A DNA stretch of 63,850 nucleotides, counting the filler, from Chiloscyllium plagiosum (taxonomy: Eukaryota), in assembly GCF_004010195.1 (NCBI RefSeq). It is 6 parts of one record of this genome, joined end to end, with 100 filler letters (N's around TTAATTAATTAA, not from the genome) between each part and the next. Parts side by side here need not be neighbours in the genome. Positions count along the whole stretch, not along the records: positions 1 to 24,092 come from NC_057710.1; positions 24,193 to 34,610 come from NC_057710.1; 4 more parts are not named here. The stretch is one strand, 5' to 3'. Below are positions 12,083 through 24,232 of this stretch, in pieces. The notes beneath the pieces are model-generated. The model had not been told where the DNA came from, did not search any database, and worked only from the letters and a program-made list of their open reading frames with translations. Made by a program: the position numbers and the translations under genes. The number at the start of each line of letters is the position of its first letter. Within the stretch, counting starts at the first letter, position 1.

Positions 12083-12465
12083 AGAGTTGAAAAATGTGGT
12101 GCTGGAAAAACACAGCAGGCCAGGCAGCATCCGAGGAGCAGGAGATAAGGTGGGGCGAGGGGCGACGAGGAAGCTGGAGAAATCTACATTCATCCCGTGT
12201 GGTTGGAGTGTTCCTAGGCAGAAGATGAGGCGCTCTTCCTCCAGGGTCTGGTGATGGAGGAGGTCAAGGACCTGCATGTCATTGGCGGAGTGGGAGGGGG
12301 AGTTAAAGTGTTCAGCCACGGGGCGGTTGGGTTGGTTGGTGCGGGTGTCCCAGATGTGTTCCCTGAAATGTTCTGCAAGTAGGCGGCCTGTCTCCCCAAT
12401 GTATAGGAGACCACATCGGGTGCAGCGGATACAGTAAATGATGTGTGTGGAGGTGCAGGTGATCC
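12083..12465 (-). mobile_element. Penelope-like (Neptune-type) GIY-YIG endonuclease fragment plus terminus
   Basis: TCTSTHIIYCIRCTRCGLLYIGETGR...PVAEHFN...LGTLQPHGMNVDF. Confidence 0.9.
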
Positions 12466-12489
12466 CGTATGGTCTATTACCTCCTGATT

Positions 12490-13040
12490 GCAAGGGTTCA
12501 GGATATAAATGAAAGGCTGGATAAACTTGTGGAATGTGAGAATGAAAAACCAGTGGTAGTGTTCAAGTGGAAACCAGCAACATAGGGAGGGCCAGATTGG
12601 AATACATTCAGGATCAGTTTCAGAGGTTAGGGAGCAGGGTTATGTCATAAGCGAAACATCGATTAAGCCAGAACAAGATTGAATACTTAACATCCTGGGT
12701 TGTATGGGTTTTAGGAGAAATAATGTGTATAAGGGGAGAAGGTATGGCAGTCTTTGTCAAAAATAATACAATAGCCCTTGATCGAGATGCAGTTCCTGAA
12801 TTAGAATCTATGTGGTTGGAAATGTAAAATAGGAAGTAAGTTGTGACCTTGTTGGGTATTTGTTATACCTCCAAATAGTGGAGAGAAATTAGAAGAGAGC
12901 ATTTGTCGACATATCATGGAAACTTACAAAATAAATAGGATTGATAATTAGTGATTGCAATGACTGTAGTATAGATTAGGTAAAAAGTTTGTTGTGGGAC
13001 AAGAAGTGAAATGCCTGCAAGAGAACTTTCTCGAACTGTA
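12490..13040 (+). mobile_element. Highly decayed CR1 endonuclease region
   Basis: Residual LNI.G..GFR..GEGMAVFVK and ESMWLE motifs. Confidence 0.55.
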
Positions 13041-13044
13041 GCTA

Positions 13045-13650
13045 TAGGAGCAGGTCAGAGGCGAGGAATATGGCGATGAGTAACTCACTACCTGACTCCA
13101 TGAAGACTATTCAACATCTACAAGGCGCAAATCAGGTGTGTGATGGAATACTCCCCCCCCCCCCCGCCTTGACGAGTGCAGCCCCAACAAGACTCCAGAA
13201 GCTTGATACCTTCCAGGAAAAGCAGCCAGCTTGATTGGCACAATATCTGGAACCATCCACTTCCTCCAACACCAGTGCTCAATGGCAGCAGTGTGAACTA
13301 TCTACAAGGTGCACTGCAGAAATTCACCAAATATCCTCAGTCAGCACCTTCCAAATGCATGACCATTTCCATCTAGAAGAGCAAGGACGGTAGGTATATG
13401 GGAACACCACCACCTTCGAGTTGCCTTCCAAGTCCCTTCTAATTTGGAAATATATCACTACTCCTCCACTGTCACTAATTAACCTCCTGGAATTTCCTCC
13501 CTAATGGCATTGTTGATCAACCCACATTAAGAAGACTGCAGCAGTTCATGAAGGCAGCTCACCTGCACCTGTTCAAGGACAAGTAGGCACAGACAACAAA
13601 TGCTGATCAGCCAGCAATATGCACTTTCCACAAAATGAATTTTAAAAATA
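13045..13650 (+). mobile_element. 3' end of a second non-LTR family (CR1/L2 group, subclade unresolved)
   Basis: LFNIYKAQIRCVMEYS..AAPTRLQKLDTFQEKA followed by a distinct tail; probably the same family as 19125-21035. Confidence 0.7.
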
Positions 13651-14485
13651 ATTCCAGTGCTACCATAGGAAATTGTGTTGTATCCTGGTCCCAGGAAATG
13701 CAGCAGGCCGAGTGGAGAACGTCAGAGTGGGCGAGCTTTTGGAGAACAGCAATCATAGTAAAATACGGTACAATGTTATGTTAGAGTGGACAAAATTCAA
13801 TGAAAGATTAAGGTGTCAAATTGGAAATGGGCAGATTTTAGGGTTGCTGGATTTCAAGACTGGTGGCATATTTCCAAGGCAAGGGGAGAGAGATTTTAAA
13901 AACACGAGAAGGGACAATTTTGTTTTAATACAAATAGTGGTTTGTGTGCAGAATGAACTTCGTGAGGGATGTGAGTATAGTTACAATTTTTAAAAGCCAT
14001 TATGAGTCTAACCTGCCATTTGATCATGGCTGATGCATTTCTCGACCCCACTGTCTTGCCTTCTCCCATAATTCTTGATCCCTTTACTATTGAAGAACAT
14101 GTCTATTTCTATCTTAAAGACAATCAATACTTGGTCTCCACAGCTTTCTGTGGGAACGAGTTGCACAGATTAACCACCCTCTGGTTTAAGAAATTCATTC
14201 TTACCTCAGTTCTAAAAGGTCATCTGTTCATTCTAACACTGTGGCCTGAGGTCCGAGTCTCTCCTATTAGTGAAAATATTATCTCCATATCCAGTTGAGC
14301 CAGGCCTCTCAGTATTCTATAAATTTTAATGAGATCCCCCATACCTTTCAAAATTCCATCGAGTACAGTTGGAATGAGTTGGAATATTGTGAATCATGTT
14401 CAGCAACAACTAATTGAACAAATAACTGCATGATAAAATTCAAAGAATCAAAGAAAACCCTAAAGCTTTCTAAAGGTGTGTACTC

Positions 14486-14620
14486 TATTCTTGATGAAGG
14501 ACTTTTGCCTGAAACGTCGATTTTCCTGCTTCTCAGATGCTGCCTGACCTGCTGTGCTTTTCCAGCACCACTCTAATCTAGACTCTGGTTTCCAGCATCT
14601 GCAGTCCTTGTTTTTACCTA
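14486..14620 (+). mobile_element. Penelope-like terminus (family A)
   Basis: ttgatgaaggacttttgcctgaaacgtcg (mutated hammerhead) followed by gatgctgcctgacctgctgtgcttttccagc. Confidence 0.8.
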
Positions 14621-14699
14621 GTAATAAAAGAATGATGACAGTAAGAATACGGCCAGTCAAAGTTGTGCATGAAGTCTGAGTAGTGCAAAATTGTGCATG

Positions 14700-16390
14700 A
14701 AGTCTGAGAAAATAGGAGAGGTGGTAAATGAATATTTTTCATCAGTATTCACACTGGAAAAAGACAATGTTGTCGAGGAGAGTACAGTCTATTCGACTAG
14801 ACAGAAGTGTGGTTCATAAGAATGAGGTGTTAGCAATTCAAAAGGAGTTGTTGTTAGCAATTCTGGAAAGTGTGAAAATATCTAAGTCCCCTGGGCTGGA
14901 TGGGATTTATCCTCGGATTCTCTGGGAAGCTAGGGAGGAGATTGATGAACCTTCGGTTTTGATAGTTATGTCGTCATTGTCTACAGGAATAGTGCCAGAA
15001 AACTGGACAATAGCAAATGTCCCCTTGTTCAAGAAGGGAAGTAGAGATAACCCTGGTAATTATATACTAGTGAGCATTACTTTAGTTGTGGGTAAAATGT
15101 TGGAAAGCAACACAAGAGATAGGATTTACAATCGTCGAGAAAGGAAAACTTTGATTAGGGCTAGTCAACACGGTTTTGTGAAGGTTAGTCATGCCTCATA
15201 AACCTTTATTGTGTTCTTTGAGAAGGTGACCAGACAGGTGGATGAGGGTAAAGCGGTTGATGTGGTGTATATGAATTTCAGTAAAGCATTTGTTAAGGTT
15301 CCCCATGGTAGACTATTGCAGAAAATATGGAACTATGGGATTAAGGGTGATTTAGCGGTTTGGATCAGAAATTGGCTAGCTGATAGAAGACAGAGGGTGG
15401 TGGTTGATGGGAAATGTTCATCCTGGAGTTCAGTTACTAGTAGTGTACCACAAGGATTTGTTTTGGGACTGCTGCTGTTTGTCATTTTTATTAATGACCT
15501 GGATGAAGGATGTAGGATGTGGAAAGGATGGGTTAGTAAATGTGCGGATTGGTGGAGTTGCGGACAGTGCGGAAAGATGTTGTAGATTACAGAGGGGCAT
15601 AGATAAGTTGCAGAGCTGTGCTGAGAGTTGGCAAATAGTGTTTCATGCAGAAAAGTGTGAGGTGATTCACTTTGGAAGGAGTAACAGAAATACAGAGTAC
15701 TAGGCTAATGGTAAGATTCTTGGTAGTGTAGATGAGCAGAGAGATCTCTGTGTCCATGTGCATAGATCCCTGAAAGTTGCCACCCAGGTTGATATGGTTG
15801 TTAAGGTGGTGTATGGTGTGTCAGCTTTTATTGGTAGAGAGATTGAGTTTTGTAGCCATGAGGTAATGTTGCAGCTATAGAAAACTCCGGTGCGGCCGCC
15901 CTTGGAGTATTGCGTAGTTCTGGTCACTGCATTGTAGGAAGGATGTGGCAGCATTGGAAAGGGTGCTGGAGGTATGTATGAGGATGTTGCCTAGTATGGA
16001 AGGAAGGTCTTATGAGGAAAGACTAAGGGACTTGAGGTTGTTTTTGTTAGAAAGAAGAAGATTGAGTGGTGACTTAATAGAGATATACAAGATGATCAGA
16101 AGATTCGATAGGATGGACAGTGAGAGCCTTTTTCCTCGGAGAGTGATGGCCAGCACGAGGGGACATAGCTTTAAATTGAGGGATGATAGATGTAGGACAG
16201 ATGTCAGAGGTAGGTTCTTTATTGGAGAGTGGTAAGGACATGGAACGCCCTGCCTGCAACAATAGTTGACTCGCCAACTTCATGGACATTTAAATGGTCA
16301 TATGGGTGATAATGGAGTTGTGTAGGTTGGATGTGCTTCAGATTGTTGTGCTGACTTGTGAAACCATCGAGGGCTGTAATGTTATATATT
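14700..16390 (+). mobile_element. CR1 LINE ORF2 RT to 3' end
   Basis: [65 protein letters not shown]. Confidence 0.95.
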
Positions 16391-16479
16391 CATTATTTAT
16401 ATCATCATTTATAACAAACAATTTTGAGTAAACTAGCCATTCAACAGGATAAATATTTCTGATTTTTAAAATCTTTACA

Positions 16480-17820
16480 GAGAATTACTCATGGCAGACT
16501 GGTAGAAAAGGTGATGTCACATGGTATCGGGGTTAGCTGGCAGGATGGACACAACTGGCTGAATTATATGAGACAGGCGGTAGCATTGGAAGAATGCATT
16601 TTGGAATGGAGAGCTGTGACTAGTGATGTTCCACAGCGATCAGTATTGGGGCTCTTTGTGCTCAGTATCTGCTCTTTGTGGTCTACATAAATGATTTGGA
16701 GGAAAATGCAGCTTGTCTAATAAATACATTTGTAGACAATATAAAGATTGGTGGAATTGCGGGTTTGAGGAAGTTTGTCAGAGATACAACAGGATATAGA
16801 TGGAGGTTGGGCAGAAAAATGGCAGATGGTGTTTTATCCAGACAAATGTGAGGTGATGCATTTTGGAAAGTCAAGTACAGGTGGAAATTATACAATAAAT
16901 GGTGGATGCCTTAGGTGTATTGATGTGCAGCAGGATCTGGGTGTGCAGTTCACAGATACTGAAGGTGGCAATGCAGGCAGATAAGGTCGTAAAAAACGCT
17001 TTGGCATGCTTGCCGTCATTGGAAGGGACATTGAATATAAAGATGGGCATGTTATGCTGCAGTTTTGTCAAACTTTAGTTAGACCATACTTGGAATATTG
17101 CACACAATCTGATCACCATATTATGAAATGGATGTGGATGCTTTGGAGAGGGTGCTGAAAAAGTTCATCAGAATGTATCCTGGTATGGAGGATTTTAGCT
17201 TTGAAGAAAGGTTGGCTGGACTGGGTTTGTTTCACTTGAATGAGAAGATTAAGAGGTGACCTGATAGAAGTTTATAAGATTGTGAATGGCATGGAGACAG
17301 TGGAAAGTACAGGGCTTTTTCCCAGGCTGAAAAGGTCAGTTACTGGGGAACATAGGTTCAGGATGCAAGGGGTGAAGTTTAAAAGTGATGTATGCATTAA
17401 GCTTTTCAAACAAAGCGTGTTGAGTGCCTGGAAGTGATTAATCTTTGGAACTCATTGCCACACAAGGCTGTGTGGGCCAGGTTATTGAGTTTATTTAAGA
17501 GGGAGATAGATAGGTTCTTGATTGTCAAGGGGATCAGGATTACGGTTAAAAAGTGGGAGAATGGAGTTGAGAAACTTATCAGCCATGATCGAATGGCAGA
17601 GCAAACTCAATGGGCTGAATGGCCTAATTTCTTCTCCTGTATCTTGACAGAGGAGGTGGTGGAAGCAGACACAGTAGCATCATTCAAGAAGTACCTGGAC
17701 AAATACATTAATAAGAAGGGAATAGAGGGTTATGGATCCTATAAATGAAGACAGTTTTGGTATGTGGCCGCACAGGATTGGGAGCCTGTTCTTGTGCTGT
17801 ATTTTTCTTTGTTCTCTTTG
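16480..17820 (+). mobile_element. CR1 LINE RT to 3' end, with a nested CR1 3' fragment (about 17434-17645)
   Basis: WAEKWQM.F.PDKCEVMHFG, RRLRGDLIEVYK; two successive LWNSLP/AWK endings. Confidence 0.88.
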
Positions 17821-18913
17821 TACTATTTCATTAGGAAATTTCAGTCATTCAGAAAAAAATCTCATTTTATCTGTGAAAATGCATCTAGTCCCTTCTCCCA
17901 CTATTAGAGAATTTTAATACATAGTGATATACAAAACAAATATTTGAGCACAATGGGTGCATATAGCAATATTTTAAATGATTCATAAGATTCTGCAGTT
18001 GGCTGGCAGGTGTCTGAATCTGTGGAGAGAAGAAAAAAATTCAAACATTGGTCATTTGTTTTGTAAGTAAAAATCTATCACCAAATTTATTTCCCCTTTG
18101 CTTTTTCATTTTCTTCCTGCTCTCTTGCATTGTGAAGATTACCTATAGTTTACAAACTAGACCAAAGCGGAAAAGAATGGGGGATTCAAAAAGTTACCTG
18201 AACATTTATAATAAGGAATGTACAGGAAGATCACACTGTAAAGAGATCACACTGAGATANNNNNNNNNNNNNNNNNNNNNNNNNNNNNNNNNNNNNNNNN
18301 NNNNNNNNNNNNNNNNNNNNNNNNNNNNNNNNNNNNNNNNNNNNNNNNNNNNNNNNNNNNNNNNNNNNNNNNNNNNNNNNNNNNNNNNNNNNNNNNNNNN
18401 NNNNNNNNNNNNNNNNNNNNNNNNNNNNNNNNNNNNNNNNNNNNNNNNNNNNNNNNNNNNNNNNNNNNNNNNNNNNNNNNNNNNNNNNNNNNNNNNNNNN
18501 NNNNNNNNNNNNNNNNNNNNNNNNNNNNNNNNNNNNNNNNNNNNNNNNNNNNNNNNNNNNNNNNNNNNNNNNNNNNNNNNNNNNNNNNNNNNNNNNNNNN
18601 NNNNNNNNNNNNNNNNNNNNNNNNNNNNNNNNNNNNNNNNNNNNNNNNNNNNNNNNNNNNNNNNNNNNNNNNNNNNNNNNNNNNNNNNNNNNNNNNNNNN
18701 NNNNNNNNNNNNNNNNNNNNNNNNNNNNNNNNNNNNNNNNNNNNNNNNNNNNNNNNNNNNNNNNNNNNNNNNNNNNNNNNNNNNNNNNNNNNNNNNNNNN
18801 NNNNNNNNNNNNNNNNNNNNNNNNNNNNNNNNNNNNNNNNNNNNNNNNNNNNNNNNNNNNNNNNNNNNNNNNNNNNNNNNNNNNNNNNNNNNNNNNNNNN
18901 NNNNNNNNNNNNN

Positions 18914-19120
18914 TATCGCATTCCCAACGCCCCTCCCCCAAGTCCCTCCTCCCTACCTTTTATCTTAGGCTGCTTGGCACATCCTCCTCATTCCTGAAGA
19001 ACGGCTTATGCCCAAAACGTCGATTCTCCTTCTCCTTTGATGCTGCCTGACCTGTTGCGCTTTTCCAGCAACACATTTTTAAGCTCTGATCCCCAGTATC
19101 TGCAGTCCTCACTTTCTCCT
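18914..19120 (+). mobile_element. Penelope-like terminus (family A) after a gap
   Basis: Near-identical to 5982-6125, including the aagaacggctt variant; hammerhead G12 mutated. Confidence 0.85.
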
Positions 19121-19124
19121 AATA

Positions 19125-21035
19125 GACTGACATAGTCACCATTGAAGAATCATACCTTAAAGACAAGGTCCCAGACTCAACCATCACCATTTCACTGACA
19201 GGACAGACCCAGCAAAGGTGGTGGTAGACTGGTATACAGTCAAGATGGAGTTGCTCTTAGCATCCTGAACAGTGATTCCAGATGCCATGAAGTCTCGTGA
19301 CTTCAGGTTGAACATGGGCAAGGAAATCTCTTGCAATGAAACCATATACTGTCCTCTTGTGGCTAATGAATCAATGTTCCTCCATGTTGAACACCACTTG
19401 AAAGAAGCATTGAGGGCGGGAAGACTACAAAATGTGCTCTGCCTACAGGATTTCAATGCCCACCACCAAGGTTGGCTTGACATCTGCAGGACTGATCGAA
19501 CTGGTTGAGTCCTGAAGGACATAGCTGCTGGATGGGTCTGCAGCAGATGGAGAGGGAACCAAGAAGAGGGAAAAGCATACTGAGCAATACTTCACCACAT
19601 CTTTACTCATCTGCCAGCTGCAGATGTATCTGTCCATGACAGTATTGGAAAGAGTGACCCAGTCACAAACTCACATTTTCACATTGAGAAAAATCTCCAT
19701 TGTATTATGTGGCATAATGCCTGTGATAAATGTAACAGATTTAAGAGGAGGTGAAGACTGAGCATCCATGAGGCGCTTTGGACAATCAACAGCAGCAGTA
19801 TTGCACCCTAGCAGAATCTGCAACCTTACAGCCTGACATATCCACCACTCAAGCCATGGATTCAACCTTGCTTCAATGGAGCATGCAAGATGGCATGCCT
19901 GGAAGAGCACCAGACATAACCGAAGATGATATGTCAACCTGGTGAAACTTACCAACATGACTACTTGCATGCCTAGCAGCATAAGCAGCAAGTGATAGAG
20001 AGAGAGCTGAGTGATCTCACAGATCCGATCTAATCTGTGCTACTCTGCCAGATTCAATCGTGAATAGCGTTGGACAGTTAAAAAAAACTCAGTGGAGGAG
20101 GAGGCTACGAAAATATTCCTATCATCTATGATGGAAGAGTCCAGAAGGCTGAAATATTTACTGGAATCTTCAGCCAGATGTGCCAAGTGAATAATCCAAC
20201 TTGCCCCATTCTAGTGATCTGCAATATGACTGATGCCAGTCTTTAGCCAATTGAATTCACTCCAATTGATATGGATACTGTAATGGCTATGGCCCTGACA
20301 ACATGCCAACAATGCAGGGAAGAGTTGCGTTCCAAAACTTGCTGTCCCCGAGCCAAACTCTCCCAGTACAGCTACGACACTGGCATCTATCCAAAAAATG
20401 TTAAAAATTGCCCATGTATGCCCTGTTCATAACAAAACAGGAGAAATCCAACCTGACCAATTACTGCCCTATCAGTCTACTCTCAATCATCAGTAAGGTG
20501 ATGGAAGGTAACATCATCAATGCTATCATGCAGCACCTGCTCAGCTCCTGCCCTCATTACAGGTTTGGTTGAAATATGGAAAAAAAGAGCAGAATTCCAA
20601 AGGTAAGATGAGCCCTTGACATCAAGGCCGCATTCAACCAAGTGTGGCATCATAGAACCTGATCAAAACTTCAATTAATATATATCTCTGCTAGTTGAAG
20701 TTATACCTGGCACCAAGGAAGATGGTTGTAGTTGTTGGAGGTCAGTCATCCCAGCTCCAGGACATCTTTGTAGGAGTACCCCAGAGTAGTGTCCGAGGAC
20801 TAACGATTTTCAACTGCTTTATCAATGACCTTCCCTCCATCATAATGTCAGTAGTGAGGATGTTTGCACAATGATTGCACAATGTTCAGCACTATTTGTG
20901 ACTCTTCAGATACTGAAGCAGTCCATGTTCAAATGCAAAATATTTGGACAATATCCAGGCTTGGGCTGACATGTGGCAATTTGCTATCATGCTACACAAA
21001 TGCCAGGCAATGACCATCACCAATAAGAGATAATC
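19125..21035 (+). mobile_element. Non-LTR retrotransposon of a second family (APE plus RT), decayed
   Basis: DFNAHHQGWL, GPDNMP, NYCPISLLSIISKVMEG, LDIKAAFNQVWH, GVPQSSV..IFNCFINDLP. Confidence 0.85.
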
Positions 21036-21350
21036 AGGGCAACATGGTGTCTCAGTGGTTACCACTGCTGCCTCACAGTGCCAGGCATCTGGGATCGATA
21101 CCAGCCTCAGGTGACTGTCAGAGTGGAGTTTGCACATTCTCCCCGTGTCTGTGTGGGCTCCCACAATCCAAAGATGTGCAGATTAGCTGAATTGGCGACG
21201 CTAAATTTCCCATAGTGCTCAGGGACGTGTAGGTTAGGTGCATTAGTCAGGAGTAAATATAGGCTAATAGGGGAGAGGAATGGGTTTGGGTGAGTTATTC
21301 TTTAGATGGTCGATATGGACTTGTTGGGCCAAAGGGTCACTGTAGGGATT
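21036..21350 (+). mobile_element. HE1-related SINE (older subfamily)
   Basis: tRNA head, V-domain and CR1-like tail, diverged. Confidence 0.8.
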
Positions 21351-21539
21351 CTTCGATGTTTCACCATGGCCCCACAGTTGGAGTTATGTACAGGCCTTCA
21401 AAATGTTGTCATGAGCTGGGGCGCATGACACAACAAGAGCTAGAAAAGATGTGAAAGAAAGGCATCTTGGGGGATTTCAATATGCAGGTGGACTGGAAGA
21501 ATCAGTGGATTACAAGAAAAGAAATTTGTGGAATGCATG

Positions 21540-22620
21540 CTGGGTAGGTGAGTGAACTGATATTTGGCAGCAGCTGAACCTGAGACACTACACATTTAAT
21601 GTTTGTCACCCGCTCTCCTCCTCTAACCAAAAGATAAGGACTCTATAGTGTGTTGATAAGGGAAGGTTTCTTTTTTTATTGCGTGATTGGTTAAAAACTT
21701 TTCTTTCCTTTTTTGTTCAACTAAGTGAAGGCGAAGTTAAGCTTGAGATTAAAAATGACAGAGGATCTCAGATCCGTGTTATGCTCCTTATGCTCCATGT
21801 GGGAGCTGAGGGACACAGTTGATGTCCCTGACTCCTTCACGTGCAGGAAGTGTGTTCAGCTACATCTCTTGTTAGACTGCATGACGGTTCTGGAGCTGCG
21901 GATGGACTCACTTTGGAGCATACACGATGCTGAGGGGGTCGTGGATGGCATGTTTAGTGACTTGGTCACACTGCAGAGGGAGAAAGGGAACGGGTGAGCA
22001 AAAGGCAGAGAAAGAGCAGGAAGGCAGTACAGGTGTCCCCTGTGGTCATCTCCCTCCAAAACAGGCTTACCGTTTTGGATACAGCTGGGGGAGATGGCTC
22101 ACCAGGGGAATGCAGCAGTAGCCAGGTTCATGACACCGTGGCTGGCTCTGCTGTTCAGAATAGCGGGAAAGAGTGGAAGAGCTCTAGTCATAGGGGGGTT
22201 CAGTTGTTAGGGGAGTAGATACACAGTTCTGTTATCGCAAACAGGACTTTAGAATGGTATATTGCCTTCCAGGTTCATGGGTCAGGGATGTCTCAGATTG
22301 GCTGCAGAACATTCTCAAGGTGAGAGGGTGACATATAGGCACTGATGATGTTGCTAAGAAAGGGGATGAGGTCCTTCAAGCAGAAATTTGGGAGTTCGGA
22401 GCCAAATTAAAAAGTAGGACCTCAGAGGTAGTAATCTTGGGATTGCTGTCTAGTGTCAAACGCTAGTCAGAGTAGAAATAAAAGAATAGGCAGCTTGAGA
22501 AATGGTGCAAGAGGGAGGGGTTCAGATTTTTGCGACATTGGGACAGATTCTGGGGAAGGTGGAACTATTACAAATTAGACAGTCTATACCTAGACAGGGC
22601 TGGAACCAATGTCCTTGGGC
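21540..22620 (+). mobile_element. CR1 5' UTR and ORF1 (zinc finger, coiled coil, SGNH esterase)
   Basis: VLCSLCSMWE..FTCRKCVQL, SLQNRLTVL, RMVYCLPG..DVS, HIGTDD, F.RHW.RFWGR. Confidence 0.88.
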
Positions 22621-24092
22621 TTTTAAACGAGTGTGGCAGGGGAATGGGAACCAAATGAGGAGGTTAGAGGACAGTAAAGAGGTAGTAACTAAAGCCAGTA
22701 AGGAACAAGATGATGAAGTCAACGTGATTAAGGGTAAGAGTAGGAAGGGAGCAGATGATGAATGCAAAGTGTCACATGGTCGGAGATGAATTTGTTCTAA
22801 TGCAAGAAGATAGATATTGACATCTTGAAAAATGTCCACATTACAGAGAAGGAAGTGCTGGATGTCTCCAGGACCTGATCAGGTGTAACCTAGAACTCTG
22901 TGAGAAGCTAGGGAAGTGATTGTTGGGCCTCTTGCTGAGATAATTGTATCATCGATAGTCACAGGTGAGGTGTCAGAAGACTGGAGGTTGGCTAATGTGG
23001 TGCCACTGTTTAAGAAAGGTGGTAAGGACAAGCCAGGGAACTATAGACCAGTGACCCTGACGTCGGTGGTGGGCAAGTTGTTGGAGGGAACCCTGAGGGA
23101 CAGGATGTACATGTATTTGGAAAGGCAAGGACTGATTCGGGATAGTCAACACGGCTTTGGGCGTGGGAAATCATGTCTCACAAACTTGAGTGAGTTTTTT
23201 GAAAAGTAACAAAAAGGATTGATGAGAGCAGAGCGGTAGGTGTGATCTATATGGACTTCAGTAAGGCATTCAACAAGGTTCCCAATGGGAGACTGATTAG
23301 CAAGATTAGATCTCATGGAACACAGGGAGAACTAGCCATTTGGATACAGAACCGGCTCAAAGGTAGAAGACAGAGTGTGGTAGTGGAGGGTTGTTTTTTA
23401 AATTGGAGGCCTGTGACCAGTGGAGTGCCACAAGGATCAGTGCTGGGTCCACTACTTTTCATCAATTATATAAATGATTTGGATGCGAGAATAAGAGGTA
23501 TAGTTTGTAAGTTTGCAGATAACACTAAACTTGGAGGTGTAGTGGACAGCGAAGGGGGTTACCTCAGATTACAACAGGATCTTGACAGATGGACCAATGG
23601 GCTGAGAAGTGGCAGATGGAGTTTAATTTAGATAAATGTGAGGTGCTGCTTTTTGGGAAAGCAAATCTTAGCAGGACTTATACACTTAATAGTAAGGTCT
23701 AAGGGAGTGTTGCTGAACAAAGAGTTCTTGGAGTGCAAATTCATAGCTCCTTGAAAGTAGAATTGCAGGTAGAGAGGGTAGTGAAGAAGGCATTTGGTGT
23801 GCTTTCCTTTATTTGTCAGAGTATTGAGTACAGGTGTTTCGAGGTAGTGTTGCAACTGTACAGAACATCCATCATCTCCCAGACCATACAGAACCTCATC
23901 ACCTCAGGAGATCTCCCACCCACAGCTTCCAACCTCATAGTCCGGGAACCACGCACTGCCCGGTTCTACCTCCTTCCCAAGAACCACAAGCCTGACCACC
24001 CTGGCCGACCCATTGTCTCAGCATGCTCCTGCCCCACTGAACTCATCTCTACCTACCTCGACACTGTCCTATCCCACCTAGTCCAGGAACTC

Positions 24093-24192
24093 NNNNNNNN
24101 NNNNNNNNNNNNNNNNNNNNNNNNNNNNNNNNNNNNTTAATTAATTAANNNNNNNNNNNNNNNNNNNNNNNNNNNNNNNNNNNNNNNNNNNN
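24093..24192. other. Assembly gap spacer N44-TTAATTAATTAA-N44 (also 34611-34710, 42733-42832, 55737-55836, 60279-60378)
   Basis: The same 100-nt construct occurs five times. Confidence 0.95.
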
Positions 24193-24204
24193 CTGCCTTT
24201 ATTC

Positions 24205-24232
24205 CTGATGAAGGGCTTTTGCCCGAAACGTC
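24205..24232 (+). ncRNA. Minimal hammerhead ribozyme motif (PLE type), intact core
   Basis: CUGAUGA-A-GGGC(UUUU)GCCC-GAAACGUC with palindromic ACGU in place of stem III. Confidence 0.8.

Noticed and set aside
14659..14708. Short tandem duplications (also at about 1820-1870)
   Set aside because: Ordinary slippage or junction duplications; no CRISPR-like repeat-spacer array was seen in the window
18143..18196. Minus-strand micro-exon candidates with GTAATC/GTAACT donors
   Set aside because: Stops occur in the relevant frames and the splice sites are ambiguous
24137..24148. TTAATTAATTAA palindromes centred in N runs
   Set aside because: The same 100-nt spacer occurs five times and has stops in all frames, so it is a scaffolding artefact
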